64,000 nucleotides of DNA. Source: a virus. A program made the translations under genes and the position numbers. The number at the start of each line of letters is the position of its first letter. The first letter of the stretch is position 1. The stretch lies in the IMG/VR virus record IMGVR_UViG_3300010885_015247, positions 1 to 64,000 of that record; one strand, 5' to 3'. Shown in pieces: positions 37,783 to 47,494 of this stretch. The notes beneath the pieces were generated by a model that did no database searches, was not told where the DNA came from, and saw only the letters and a program-made list of their open reading frames with translations.

Positions 37783-39617
37783 GCGTATTTTTCTCCCCAG
37801 TTATTCATAGGACCGTCAATACCTGCGGTTAGCGGGACAGCCCAACCTTCGGTAGTGGTCATACACTCTTGAACAATTCTCTTGAACTCTTCAACTTGAT
37901 CTTTTGGTGCTTGTAGAACAATCTCATCGTGCACTGGAACAATAAGATGCTCGGTTAAGTCTGCTTGATCTAGTCTAACAAGGCTACTCTTAAATACTTC
38001 TGCAGCACCACCTTGGATAAGATAGTTAACAAGAGTGTAGACACGCTCTTCATCGCAAGGGATACGGCGACCAGTCCAAGTCTTTACATAACCTTGACCT
38101 TCTTGGCGAAGTCTAGTCATTCCAATGTTTTCAATCTGCTTTTGGAACTGCATCATTCCTGGATAGTTAGCATCAAAAGAATCAGATACAGAGCGCATCT
38201 GAGGTTCTGACACACCAGCAGTCAAAGCTTGCTTAGCAACTCCTGCACCGTAGAGTCGTCCGTAGACAACACCCTTGATGAGGTTACGACGCTTGTCTGA
38301 CTTTTTCATATCTGGTTCTTGATAAACCTGACGACCAATTTCGGTAAAAGGATCCGAGCCAGTCGCATCTGCCTTATGAAAAAGAGAGATGAGGTTTGGA
38401 TCTTGAGATAGAGATGCAAACATACGAAATTCAACCTGATCTAAGTCAGAAGAAATAATCAGATGGTCTGGGTCACGAGGTAAGAACGCCCTGCGTACTG
38501 TCTCATCTCCCTTAGGAAGAGTCTGTAGGGCTGGATCTGTGATTGACATACGAGATGTGCGAGCACCAAGAGTTTTTACAGAAGGATGCAAGATGCCGTC
38601 AACATTTTTGTTGAGGAAGTTAAGGAAATAAGTGTTAGCAAGTTTATCTGCCTTGCGTTGCTTAAGAACAGTCTCTGCAAGGTTTTTAACCTCTTCGTTA
38701 CCGTTAATTGTCAAAAGCTTTAGCTGATCCTTACTTGCAGACTTTGCTCCAGATGGAGTTGTCTCCGTGATGTCAGCACCAAGCTTTTCAAACAAACGAA
38801 CTAGTTGAATATTGCTCGTGATACTTGCTCCACCATAAGTTTTTGCTGCCCAGTCTTTAACAGAGTCTGCATAAGATAAAAGCTCTTCGTACTTTTTCTT
38901 AGAGTAATCAAGATCTACACGAGCACCATTAATTTCCATACGAGTAACAATCTTGCGTGTTGCCATCTCAAGCTCATAAGCACGATTGTATGGACCCTGT
39001 GGGCCACACTGCTGATAGAACTGCTCCCATAGGCGCATTGTAAGAACTGTATCTAAAGCACCGTAAATCCAATAAGGCTCGTAGTTAACTGGAACTGTTC
39101 CCCAAGTCCAGCCATTCTCAATAAGACCCAAGTCAAGACTCTCTTGCATTGCAACAGCCTTGCCATCTACATAACGAGCAGCAAGAGGCTTAAGACCACC
39201 GACACCAAGTGGATCAATGATGTGAGCCATAATCATTGTGTCGTGTGCACGCTGCCAAGGCATTTCCCACTTAGATTTAATTGCAAACCAACGAGCTTCG
39301 AAAGCAATATTGTGGCAAACAATAGGACCTTCAAATTTCCTCATTGCTTCGTAGAAAACTCCGTTCCATTCTTCCCAAGGAATAGCCCAGCCTTGCATTC
39401 CATCTCCTACTTGAACAAGACGCAGGTCTCCATGCCAAGGGGATAGTGCATCACTACGCTGACCTCCGAGTTTTTCACCAGTTTCAGTATCGATTGCAAT
39501 TGCGTCATAGGGACGTCTTTCACCAAGCCAAGTAATAAACTGACCAGCTTTTTCTACAGAATCAACAAGGTGAAGTTTTACATCACCTAATCCTTGCGTC
39601 GTTTGGTTGTCGCTCAT
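37779..39617 (-). CDS. polA: DNA polymerase, family A (3'-5' exo + pol)
   Basis: IDTETG, CHN, YGALD; motif A DLDQVEFR, motif B RNLIKGVVYGRLYG, motif C VHDE. Confidence 0.95.
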   Translation of the reverse strand: MSDNQTTQGLGDVKLHLVDSVEKAGQFITWLGERRPYDAIAIDTETGEKLGGQRSDALSPWHGDLRLVQVGDGMQGWAIPWEEWNGVFYEAMRKFEGPIVCHNIAFEARWFAIKSKWEMPWQRAHDTMIMAHIIDPLGVGGLKPLAARYVDGKAVAMQESLDLGLIENGWTWGTVPVNYEPYWIYGALDTVLTMRLWEQFYQQCGPQGPYNRAYELEMATRKIVTRMEINGARVDLDYSKKKYEELLSYADSVKDWAAKTYGGASITSNIQLVRLFEKLGADITETTPSGAKSASKDQLKLLTINGNEEVKNLAETVLKQRKADKLANTYFLNFLNKNVDGILHPSVKTLGARTSRMSITDPALQTLPKGDETVRRAFLPRDPDHLIISSDLDQVEFRMFASLSQDPNLISLFHKADATGSDPFTEIGRQVYQEPDMKKSDKRRNLIKGVVYGRLYGAGVAKQALTAGVSEPQMRSVSDSFDANYPGMMQFQKQIENIGMTRLRQEGQGYVKTWTGRRIPCDEERVYTLVNYLIQGGAAEVFKSSLVRLDQADLTEHLIVPVHDEIVLQAPKDQVEEFKRIVQECMTTTEGWAVPLTAGIDGPMNNWGEKYA

Positions 39618-39635
39618 TTATTCCTAACTTATGTA

Positions 39636-40427
39636 TTAACTATTTTTACTTCTAGGAAGTTGGTGATCTTTAAACTTATTTCCTCTGATATCCATACCTT
39701 TGTAATATAGACCATCTTTACCTTCTTTGGTTGTATATAGCTCTATTCTTTTATCCGAATGCTCCCTTACTACTGCCTTTTCTTCCTCTATAACCTCTTC
39801 GTCAAAGATATCATAAGCACTCTTTAATTCAAAAGAATCGCAAAAATATCTTGGTATAGGTATGATGCCTACTAATGGAGAGTTCGGGAGAACTCGTATT
39901 ACCGTGTTTGGTATGTCTATTTTTAAATTTAAAGTAAAACCAAAACGTATATTGTCAGACTCTACAACTCCTGTCATAGCGCTTACTCCAGGCATTGGAT
40001 AGTTAGGAGGAGATATAGTCATTAAATTAACCATAGGTGGTGTTTTTAATATGACTGGGTAGTGAATGGTAAGAACTCCATGACCAAACTCAGAGTTCGG
40101 GTATATAAAATTTAGATTTCTATATGGTTCAAAGTCGTCGTGATAAGTTATGGTTATATCTTCTGCAGAATCTCCACCATTCCAGATAACATCAAATCCG
40201 TATGGAATACTGAATACAAAACCTTGCATATTTCCAATTGCTAAAGGTAGACACTTATAGAAATTGGGAGAGAACCACCCTCGTTTATGATCTGTATTCA
40301 GAGGGTTTAAAAATAAACCTATATCTTTTAAATCAAAAGGCTTAACACCTTCACTAGGGATTATAGGAAAGAATGCAATAGTTTTATCTGGAACAACAAG
40401 ATTTTCGTCTTGGTTCACTATTGTCAT
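39636..40427 (-). CDS. DUF6065-like protein
   Basis: FYKCLPLAIGN.QGF, GHGVLT, PPNY, MTGVVESD, FTLN. Confidence 0.65.
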   Translation of the reverse strand: MTIVNQDENLVVPDKTIAFFPIIPSEGVKPFDLKDIGLFLNPLNTDHKRGWFSPNFYKCLPLAIGNMQGFVFSIPYGFDVIWNGGDSAEDITITYHDDFEPYRNLNFIYPNSEFGHGVLTIHYPVILKTPPMVNLMTISPPNYPMPGVSAMTGVVESDNIRFGFTLNLKIDIPNTVIRVLPNSPLVGIIPIPRYFCDSFELKSAYDIFDEEVIEEEKAVVREHSDKRIELYTTKEGKDGLYYKGMDIRGNKFKDHQLPRSKNS

Positions 40428-40445
40428 TTGTCTTTTCCTTAGTCT

Positions 40446-40916
40446 CTAGGGAATCATCTCCACTCTGTATATGGAGTCTATCTTCTCGTCATTCAAAGCC
40501 GCTTTTTCAAGAAGCCGTTGAGCAACATTAGTAAGGTATCTTGCCCCACCTTGGTCGTATTTGTAAAGTGCATCTAGTACGGGAGTAGGATCTTCGCTTA
40601 CCTGAGCCCAGTTGCGGTCTGTTTCTGGGAAAATAACAGGCAAATCTCTAGATGGATCACATTCTTCGCATGGGATAGAGTCTTTTGTTAAGCAGTCTGT
40701 ATCAGACTCTTTTAGGTAGTATCTCTTAACAAGAGGGCATGCTGCTCCGTGGAAGACAAGTGATACACCAACGCGAGAGAGGATATAGGAGCCATTCTCT
40801 GTCTTAAAAAGCTTAAACTCAATCCAGCGTGTTGAGCCACGACGCCAAGAAGAGGATTCTCCTAAGAGACGCCCGTTGAATTGAAGGGTTCTAGACCCGT
40901 CTTTGACTTCAAACAT
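40446..40916 (-). CDS. Hypothetical phage protein
   Basis: Intact ORF in the operon; Cys/His cluster (FH..C...CEEC). Confidence 0.7.
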   Translation of the reverse strand: MFEVKDGSRTLQFNGRLLGESSSWRRGSTRWIEFKLFKTENGSYILSRVGVSLVFHGAACPLVKRYYLKESDTDCLTKDSIPCEECDPSRDLPVIFPETDRNWAQVSEDPTPVLDALYKYDQGGARYLTNVAQRLLEKAALNDEKIDSIYRVEMIP

Positions 40917-40925
40917 TTTAGAAGT

Positions 40926-41312
40926 TTACCCTTCTTCCGAAGGTGCAGTAGTGTGCTCACCCGTAACTGGGTCGTGGTAATGGTCGGACTCATCTGTCTC
41001 TGGTCTGTAGCTTAAGAATGTCCACCAAGAAACAATTTCTTGAAAGATATCGCTTAGCTGAGGCCATTCTGGGATAATATGCGTTGTTTGATGACTTGCT
41101 GTAGGAATAATAGAAGAGGATGCAGCTACTTCTTTAAAATATAGAAGTAGATTGCCGAGGTGCTCAGCAATAATTTCATCTGTTAGAAACTCTCTTTCTT
41201 CAAGACTATAGAAATTAACACCAGTAGATACAAATGTCCCATCTACAGTCTCAACAGTCTTTTTGATTGTAGCTGGTTTACCTAGCTCATAGTGTGCTGA
41301 ATAGACAATCAT
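40926..41312 (-). CDS. Hypothetical protein
   Basis: ATGA overlap with the fibre gene; SD AAGGAG. Confidence 0.7.
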   Translation of the reverse strand: MIVYSAHYELGKPATIKKTVETVDGTFVSTGVNFYSLEEREFLTDEIIAEHLGNLLLYFKEVAASSSIIPTASHQTTHIIPEWPQLSDIFQEIVSWWTFLSYRPETDESDHYHDPVTGEHTTAPSEEG

Positions 41313-42805
41313 TTGTTCTCCTTAAGTCGCTTAATCTCTTCTGAGAGTAAGTTTATCTCATTTTGTTGTTTTTTGACGAGCTCTAAAACAAAGACAGAAA
41401 GAAGACCGTAGTTGATGCTATCTACTTCTCCTTTTTCATCATATCCAAGAATCTCTTCTACACCAAGCTCTAAAGCCTCTTCTGCAATATATCCATAATC
41501 CCACTCGCGGTTCTTACTAGCATCTTTTGCTTGATTACGATATTTAAATCTTTTTGGTTGAAGAAGAAACAACTTATCTAGATCTATGTTGTAATCAGAT
41601 ATTTCTTTTTTAAGTTTTCTAGATGAGATTGTTGTAAAGTGGGTGTGGCCTCCGTGCCCAACGTGGCTACCAGCAAAAGAAGTATCGTATCTGCCAGTAG
41701 GAGCATAAGCGCTGTGGGTGTGGTTAGCCAAAGCATATCCAGAGCCAGCAAAAGTAACTGTTCTAGTTCTTCCAGAACCAGAGACTGTTATGCCAGATCC
41801 AGCATTAACATCTGTAAGAACGTCACTTGGAAGTCGATTGATACTTATAGTGCCAGTAATAATTGTTCCAGCGTCAACGCTTGAAATCTTTCCATTTGTA
41901 ATACCGCCAGCAAGATGATAATTCTCAATTGTTCCAACTGGAATTTTAAGTCCAGTAACTGATCCAGCTCTAAGCTTATCCGCCGTTACAGCTCCATTAA
42001 TTATTCTACTCTCTAGGACAGCATCAACACCAAGACCTTGATTGGTCACAGCTCCAACTGCAATTTTGTACTGATCTACTGCTTGACTGTAGATTTTTCC
42101 AGTAGTAATTGCAAATGCCGCTATGTTTCCTTCTGCAACAGCAAGTGACCCAATTTTTGCACCATTAACAGCACCATCAGCAATTTTTCCGTTTGTAACA
42201 GCACCATCAGCAATTTTTCCGTTTGTAACAGCGCTATCAGCAAGTTCTGCACTAGCAACAGTTCCGTCAACAATGAGGCCACCTTGAATACCTCCAATAA
42301 TCTTAGAGCCTTCAATTCCAGCTATCTGACTATTTTGAATCTCACCAATAAGTTTAGAGCTAGACATTCCAGCAATCTTTGAGTCTGGGATTGAACCAGC
42401 AAGCTCGTTTGTTCCAACGGACCCATCTGCAATCTGAGTAGAGGTTACAGAATTAGCTCCCATTTCAGTGGATGTGATAGTTCCAGGTGCAATCTCGTTA
42501 GCAGTAACAGAGTCTTGAATTATTTGTGCGGTTCCAACCGAGTCCACAGCCATTAAACCTTGCGTAACAGCACTCGCTTCAATTTGAGCGGTACCTACAA
42601 CACCTGGATTTAAAGACCTTCTTAAAATAGCAGAGTCAGCAATTAGCTCCTGACCTACGGCGCGAGGTGCTATGTTTTTTGAGACAACAACCTTGGAAGC
42701 AAGCTGTGTAGGTGCTGGTCTAGTTTCTAGATATCGAAGACGTTTTTGGACATCCGTGATATTTCCAGCAATACTTTTTCTTCTAGATCTTCTACGAGTA
42801 GCCAT
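41309..42805 (-). CDS. Tail fibre with 10-residue beta repeats and C-terminal peptidase S74 intramolecular chaperone
   Basis: ADGAVTNGKI repeats; SSRKLKKEI...PKRFKY...GYIAEE...INYG, then coiled coil. Confidence 0.8.
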   Translation of the reverse strand: MATRRRSRRKSIAGNITDVQKRLRYLETRPAPTQLASKVVVSKNIAPRAVGQELIADSAILRRSLNPGVVGTAQIEASAVTQGLMAVDSVGTAQIIQDSVTANEIAPGTITSTEMGANSVTSTQIADGSVGTNELAGSIPDSKIAGMSSSKLIGEIQNSQIAGIEGSKIIGGIQGGLIVDGTVASAELADSAVTNGKIADGAVTNGKIADGAVNGAKIGSLAVAEGNIAAFAITTGKIYSQAVDQYKIAVGAVTNQGLGVDAVLESRIINGAVTADKLRAGSVTGLKIPVGTIENYHLAGGITNGKISSVDAGTIITGTISINRLPSDVLTDVNAGSGITVSGSGRTRTVTFAGSGYALANHTHSAYAPTGRYDTSFAGSHVGHGGHTHFTTISSRKLKKEISDYNIDLDKLFLLQPKRFKYRNQAKDASKNREWDYGYIAEEALELGVEEILGYDEKGEVDSINYGLLSVFVLELVKKQQNEINLLSEEIKRLKENK

Positions 42806-44880
42806 TAGTTTCCTCCTGTTGTCTTTTTAAGGCCAGCTTCTTCTCCAGATTTATCAACTTTCCAGTCAGTAACTAGGTCTAAGTCAACTGTTTCTGGAAA
42901 AGAAGGAGCGTCTGGCACAGATACTTTATATCCATTAATTTTTCTGACAATAATGTCATTTCTTGGCTCTTGATCACTTTCAAGTCTTGCAAGTACAAAT
43001 GGATCGTCAATAATTAATGAACACCACTGGCCAGGAACGTATGTTCCTACTACAGGGGTTAAAGATCCGTTGACGCTAATATTAAAATCCCCCATTGGAG
43101 GCTTCGACTCATATAGGTACTCCTGTGCGTAAGAGTATAAAACCTCTTCGTCAGCAGTATTGTTTACCATCTCAACTTGATCCAATAGAGGCCAACTCTT
43201 ACCTAAAGGATTATTTAGTAACGAAATATCTGCTGCAACAGCATATGGTTGACTTGCCGCATCTGATAGATCAGTAATATTTCCTTCTACAAAGAAGCGA
43301 GTTGCTGCATCTTCAGCACTTTCTTCTACAGTAAAAGTAGAGATGCTACCGGGAAACTCAAATACAAGATTATTAAATCCTAATCTCTCTTCATCAGACA
43401 TGTCAGGACTTTCCGTAACCTCATTAGGGTTCTCTATGTTTAAAAGAACTAAAGTCCTAGTAAAAGATGCTGTTGTAAAGTCATAGTCGCAATCAATACG
43501 ATACTCGAAACCGTCAAGGTTGTTGGAGTAGTCTTCTAAAATCTCTCCAAAACTTTTTAACTCGTAACCTCGAAGATACTGCGTGTCTTGATATAAGCCA
43601 CTAGTTTTATTCGAGCCAACAGTGATACCTAGATCGGAGTTGCTAGTGTAGGGTCCAAATGTTCCATACACGGCTTTACTTCCTACTGTCACAGTTCCAC
43701 CAGAAACTGTTACTTCTGCAATGTCTGGGTAAAGCCTTCCCTCTGGACTTGGTTGATTGTATGTAAATGTAGTTGATGTAGGAGTAGATGTTATTAAATA
43801 TCTACCGTTAAAGTTCTCGTCTAGTCTTTGACTGAAGAAAGAGTCGACGTTATTTATTACAACTACTTGACCAGTAGTTGCACCGTGAGGTATGTGTGTT
43901 GTCAGTGTTGCCACATTGGATTGTAGTTTTTTCTTAGTTACATAAAAAGTCTGAATTCCCGGTAAAGTTGTTTTAGATACATTTGAACCAGAGAGTTCAA
44001 AAACTATACTGTTATTGTCTGGTACTTCAGTGACAGAATGGTACCCGTCCAGACCAGATCCAACTTGAATGATTTCAAATTCTTGACCTGGAACCAAACT
44101 GTGCTCTTCTAGAGTCTCGAGGACTACTCTTCCATTATCTCTCTTTTTAGAGATAATTGAAACTTCTTGAACAGAGGCTGGCTCAATAACATCATTTGCA
44201 AAATTTAAACCAGACATATCTGTGGAAAGTTGAAACATAAGATCTCTTACAAAATCATATGTATCAATTAGCTTTCTTACTGCTCCACTAGTTATAGCTG
44301 TAGATGTGATGTTTGCATAGTCAACAGCAAAGGTAAAACTATTAGCCGAAGGAATACTTATGATCTGATGAGTACCGTCAACTACAGGGTTTGTAAAAGT
44401 AACTTTTACATAGTTTCCTACTCTAAATCTTACTGGGTCAATACTAATAGGCTCTTCAGTAACAACTGTTGCAATTTTATTTGTAATAGAGAAGGAAGAT
44501 ATTCCAATAAAGTCAGAGCCATATAGAAGTGTTTGCCATACGTTTCTATGATAAAAATAGCTTGTAAACTCTGATGCATCAATAGTTACTGTTTTGTTTG
44601 CTTGGTCGTATTTTCTACCCCAAACAATCCCTCCCCAAACGCATACGTCATTACGCATCACATAGACGCCAGTTCTTCCTGGCATTGTTGCATCGTAAAT
44701 GTTTAATCTATCGGTTGCTGCAATTAGAGGAATGCTGCCAGTAAAACTTCCTGCTTTTCGAAGAACTCTCTCATAAGAGACACCAGTGAAAGGTAGTTCT
44801 GCAATTACAGAGTTACTAACTAAATCGGTTAAAAAATACCTATACGTTACATCTGTTACAAATGAATCGGACGATGTCAT
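42805..44880 (-). CDS. Minor tail / baseplate hub protein with three inserted beta-barrel repeats
   Basis: IAELP..GVSY..L..AGSF, VWGGIVW; second gene after the tape measure. Confidence 0.78.
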   Translation of the reverse strand: MTSSDSFVTDVTYRYFLTDLVSNSVIAELPFTGVSYERVLRKAGSFTGSIPLIAATDRLNIYDATMPGRTGVYVMRNDVCVWGGIVWGRKYDQANKTVTIDASEFTSYFYHRNVWQTLLYGSDFIGISSFSITNKIATVVTEEPISIDPVRFRVGNYVKVTFTNPVVDGTHQIISIPSANSFTFAVDYANITSTAITSGAVRKLIDTYDFVRDLMFQLSTDMSGLNFANDVIEPASVQEVSIISKKRDNGRVVLETLEEHSLVPGQEFEIIQVGSGLDGYHSVTEVPDNNSIVFELSGSNVSKTTLPGIQTFYVTKKKLQSNVATLTTHIPHGATTGQVVVINNVDSFFSQRLDENFNGRYLITSTPTSTTFTYNQPSPEGRLYPDIAEVTVSGGTVTVGSKAVYGTFGPYTSNSDLGITVGSNKTSGLYQDTQYLRGYELKSFGEILEDYSNNLDGFEYRIDCDYDFTTASFTRTLVLLNIENPNEVTESPDMSDEERLGFNNLVFEFPGSISTFTVEESAEDAATRFFVEGNITDLSDAASQPYAVAADISLLNNPLGKSWPLLDQVEMVNNTADEEVLYSYAQEYLYESKPPMGDFNISVNGSLTPVVGTYVPGQWCSLIIDDPFVLARLESDQEPRNDIIVRKINGYKVSVPDAPSFPETVDLDLVTDWKVDKSGEEAGLKKTTGGN

Positions 44881-44908
44881 TGTCTATTGTCTCTCTTTCA
44901 TCTTTTTT

Positions 44909-47494
44909 TTATCCTAACCAAGCAGACCTATAATAAACTTTAAGCAAAGATTTGCTTACAGAGTTCTTCTCATCAAAAAACTCAATTGAGTTTGCACCAG
45001 GTTGTAAAAAGAAAAAATCAGTTAATACATCTAATTTTGCTCTTGCATTTTCATAGCTTCCATTTAAAAATACGTCTCTTGTAAGAGTGTTTATTTCTAA
45101 AACGTCTGGCCCGAAGTCGACAGCTGCACCAGAAATACCAGGAGTAAAGACAACTTCTGTTTTTCTAATAGCTACTCCAGAGCTTTCAATTTCTCCACCT
45201 GTCTCACTTAAAATATCAGCAGATACAGATGCAGATCCACTAACAGCAGTAAATGGAAGACTTCCTGATACGACAGCAGATCCTGCATCAGCGGTGGATG
45301 CTATGGATCTAGAAGCTAAAGCAAATCCACCAGTTGCATATGGTGTTGCCCCCTGTGGTGCTCCAGCTACAATAGTTGCAGAAGTTGCAACTGTATAAGT
45401 AAATGTTGTTGAACCTGTAACACTAACTACATATGTTCCATTTAGTGCGGATGCAGCAGAGTCCATATTATTGATTGTTACATACTGTCCACTACTGAAG
45501 TTGTGAGCAGAGGATGTAATAATAGTTGCTGTAGTCCCAGACTGTGCTCTAGAAGATATACCACCTCCAGCAACACCAAAAGGAACGTTTGTACCTGCTT
45601 TACTGTAGGTAAATGTGTTTGTATCTGGAACAGATGTAATAACATACGATCCATCGAAAGATGTTCCAAGAGAAGAAACAGTGACGCTTTCTCCAGTAAG
45701 AAACCCGTGTCCAGAAGATGTAGTTAGGGTTACAACTCCTCCAATAAGCTGCCTTGCAACAACGGCTCTTTTAATTGGAATTACTGTTCCAGTAGTTACC
45801 AAAATTGCTGTTTCATCTGCAGCAGCTTTAGCGTAGCTAAATGTCGTGCTTGAAGGTATTTGAGTAACTGTGTATGTTCCATCATAGTTAGCACCTACAT
45901 CAGATACAACTACCTGCTCTCCAAGACTAAAACCATGTTCGGAAGCCAAAGTAATTGTTGCAACTCCAGAGAAAATAGATCTAATAGAGGCAGTATTTAC
46001 TGTAGATCTTTCAATTTTGTATGTAAATGTTGTTGTTGTTGGAGTTGAAACTATTTTATATACTCCATCAAAAGTATCATCTAAACCAGATATAGATACG
46101 TTTTCTCCAGCAACAAACCCGTGGGCAGATGCCATAGTTATGCTTGCAACATCTGTAGACATTTGCTTTGTTGTTATAGCTTTACTGTTTGTTCTTGTAA
46201 GGGCGTAACTAAAGGTTGTAGGTGAACCTATGTTAACAATTGTGTAAGTTCCGTTATAGTTAATATTTATGCCAGATATAGTTACTAACTCACCCTCAAT
46301 AAACTGATGAGCCTCGGTAGTAGTAAGAGTTGCAATATTGGAAATTAAAATAGCTCCAGTAATGACTCTAGGGGGGACTCTATTTTTTGCATAAGTAAAG
46401 CTTGTTGCCGTAGGTGTAGAGGTAATCGTATAAGTTCCGTTAAATACAGTATCTACATCTTGAATAGTTATTGACTGGCTAGTTAAAAAATTATGGCTTG
46501 TTCTAGTCTGTATTGTTGCAATATTATTTTGTAGTTTTTTAGATACAATACTTTCAATAGAAGATATGTTAGGGAACAAGCTAAAAGAAAAAGTAGTATT
46601 TGTTGGAACAGCTGTTACAGTAAAGTCTCCATTTAGGTATGACTCTGACATTCCGCTGATCTCTACAAGATCTCCTACAAATAGTCCATGATTAGTTCTA
46701 GTTGTAAGAGTTGCAACATCCTCTAACGTTTCTGGGTTAAAAGATACTTGCTTATTTTCTATAGAAGAGTTGAGTCTTCCTCTTAGTGAAGAAACTATAT
46801 ACAATAATTTATCAGTAGTTCTGTTATAAACTCGAGCAGGTCCAGTAATAGGGCCATTTATTTCTAGCTCAATTGGTGTGTCTACATTTCCATTATTTGT
46901 AACAGTTACTATACCCGTGGCAGAAGTGTCACGGTTTGTAGCGGGGATTTCAATAATATCGTAACCATCTGGTTCTGCATCGTTCCAAGAAAACTTAAGA
47001 GGATTTGCTGCCTTTAATCCTATAGAGAACTCTGTTTTCCCTCTTGCAGTTACTGTTTGAATTTCAGGTGCACCACTAAGACGAACAAAAGAAGTGCGCT
47101 TAGCGTCACCACCTGTTTTTAACCATGCTCCTTTATATACAAGATTAGTAGCAGCAACAAGACGATCACGAGCTGCTTCTACTAGATCTGGGGTAGGTGT
47201 TAGAAATGCCCCTGTAAGAGTTAAAATTCTTGCTTGATATCTTCCCTTAATATCGTAATCACCATCACCAAAACCACGAGGAATTGATGGCATATCTGGT
47301 TCAGGGTGCTGCCACCAGCCAGCAATATCCGTGATAACCCAAGTAACGCCAAACTCATCAATAGTATTAAAGACAAAATCGCCAAGGACAATGTCTGCCT
47401 TGAGCTTCATACCAGTTAGGTGCGGCTGTGGAAGCGGGGTTAGCCCACGGTCTACATAATTATTTTCTTGTGCTTGATTGTAAATTTCGCTCAT
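44909..47494 (-). CDS. Distal tail (Dit-like) protein with seven inserted beta-barrel repeats
   Basis: Directly after the tape measure; RILTLTG, NPLKF, NNGNVDT...GP, FFFLQPGAN...YRSAWLG. Confidence 0.8.
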   Translation of the reverse strand: MSEIYNQAQENNYVDRGLTPLPQPHLTGMKLKADIVLGDFVFNTIDEFGVTWVITDIAGWWQHPEPDMPSIPRGFGDGDYDIKGRYQARILTLTGAFLTPTPDLVEAARDRLVAATNLVYKGAWLKTGGDAKRTSFVRLSGAPEIQTVTARGKTEFSIGLKAANPLKFSWNDAEPDGYDIIEIPATNRDTSATGIVTVTNNGNVDTPIELEINGPITGPARVYNRTTDKLLYIVSSLRGRLNSSIENKQVSFNPETLEDVATLTTRTNHGLFVGDLVEISGMSESYLNGDFTVTAVPTNTTFSFSLFPNISSIESIVSKKLQNNIATIQTRTSHNFLTSQSITIQDVDTVFNGTYTITSTPTATSFTYAKNRVPPRVITGAILISNIATLTTTEAHQFIEGELVTISGININYNGTYTIVNIGSPTTFSYALTRTNSKAITTKQMSTDVASITMASAHGFVAGENVSISGLDDTFDGVYKIVSTPTTTTFTYKIERSTVNTASIRSIFSGVATITLASEHGFSLGEQVVVSDVGANYDGTYTVTQIPSSTTFSYAKAAADETAILVTTGTVIPIKRAVVARQLIGGVVTLTTSSGHGFLTGESVTVSSLGTSFDGSYVITSVPDTNTFTYSKAGTNVPFGVAGGGISSRAQSGTTATIITSSAHNFSSGQYVTINNMDSAASALNGTYVVSVTGSTTFTYTVATSATIVAGAPQGATPYATGGFALASRSIASTADAGSAVVSGSLPFTAVSGSASVSADILSETGGEIESSGVAIRKTEVVFTPGISGAAVDFGPDVLEINTLTRDVFLNGSYENARAKLDVLTDFFFLQPGANSIEFFDEKNSVSKSLLKVYYRSAWLG

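Noticed and set aside
42166-42232. 30-bp tandem repeat as a CRISPR or regulatory repeat
   Set aside because: It is an in-frame duplication of the ADGAVTNGKI fibre repeat with no spacers.
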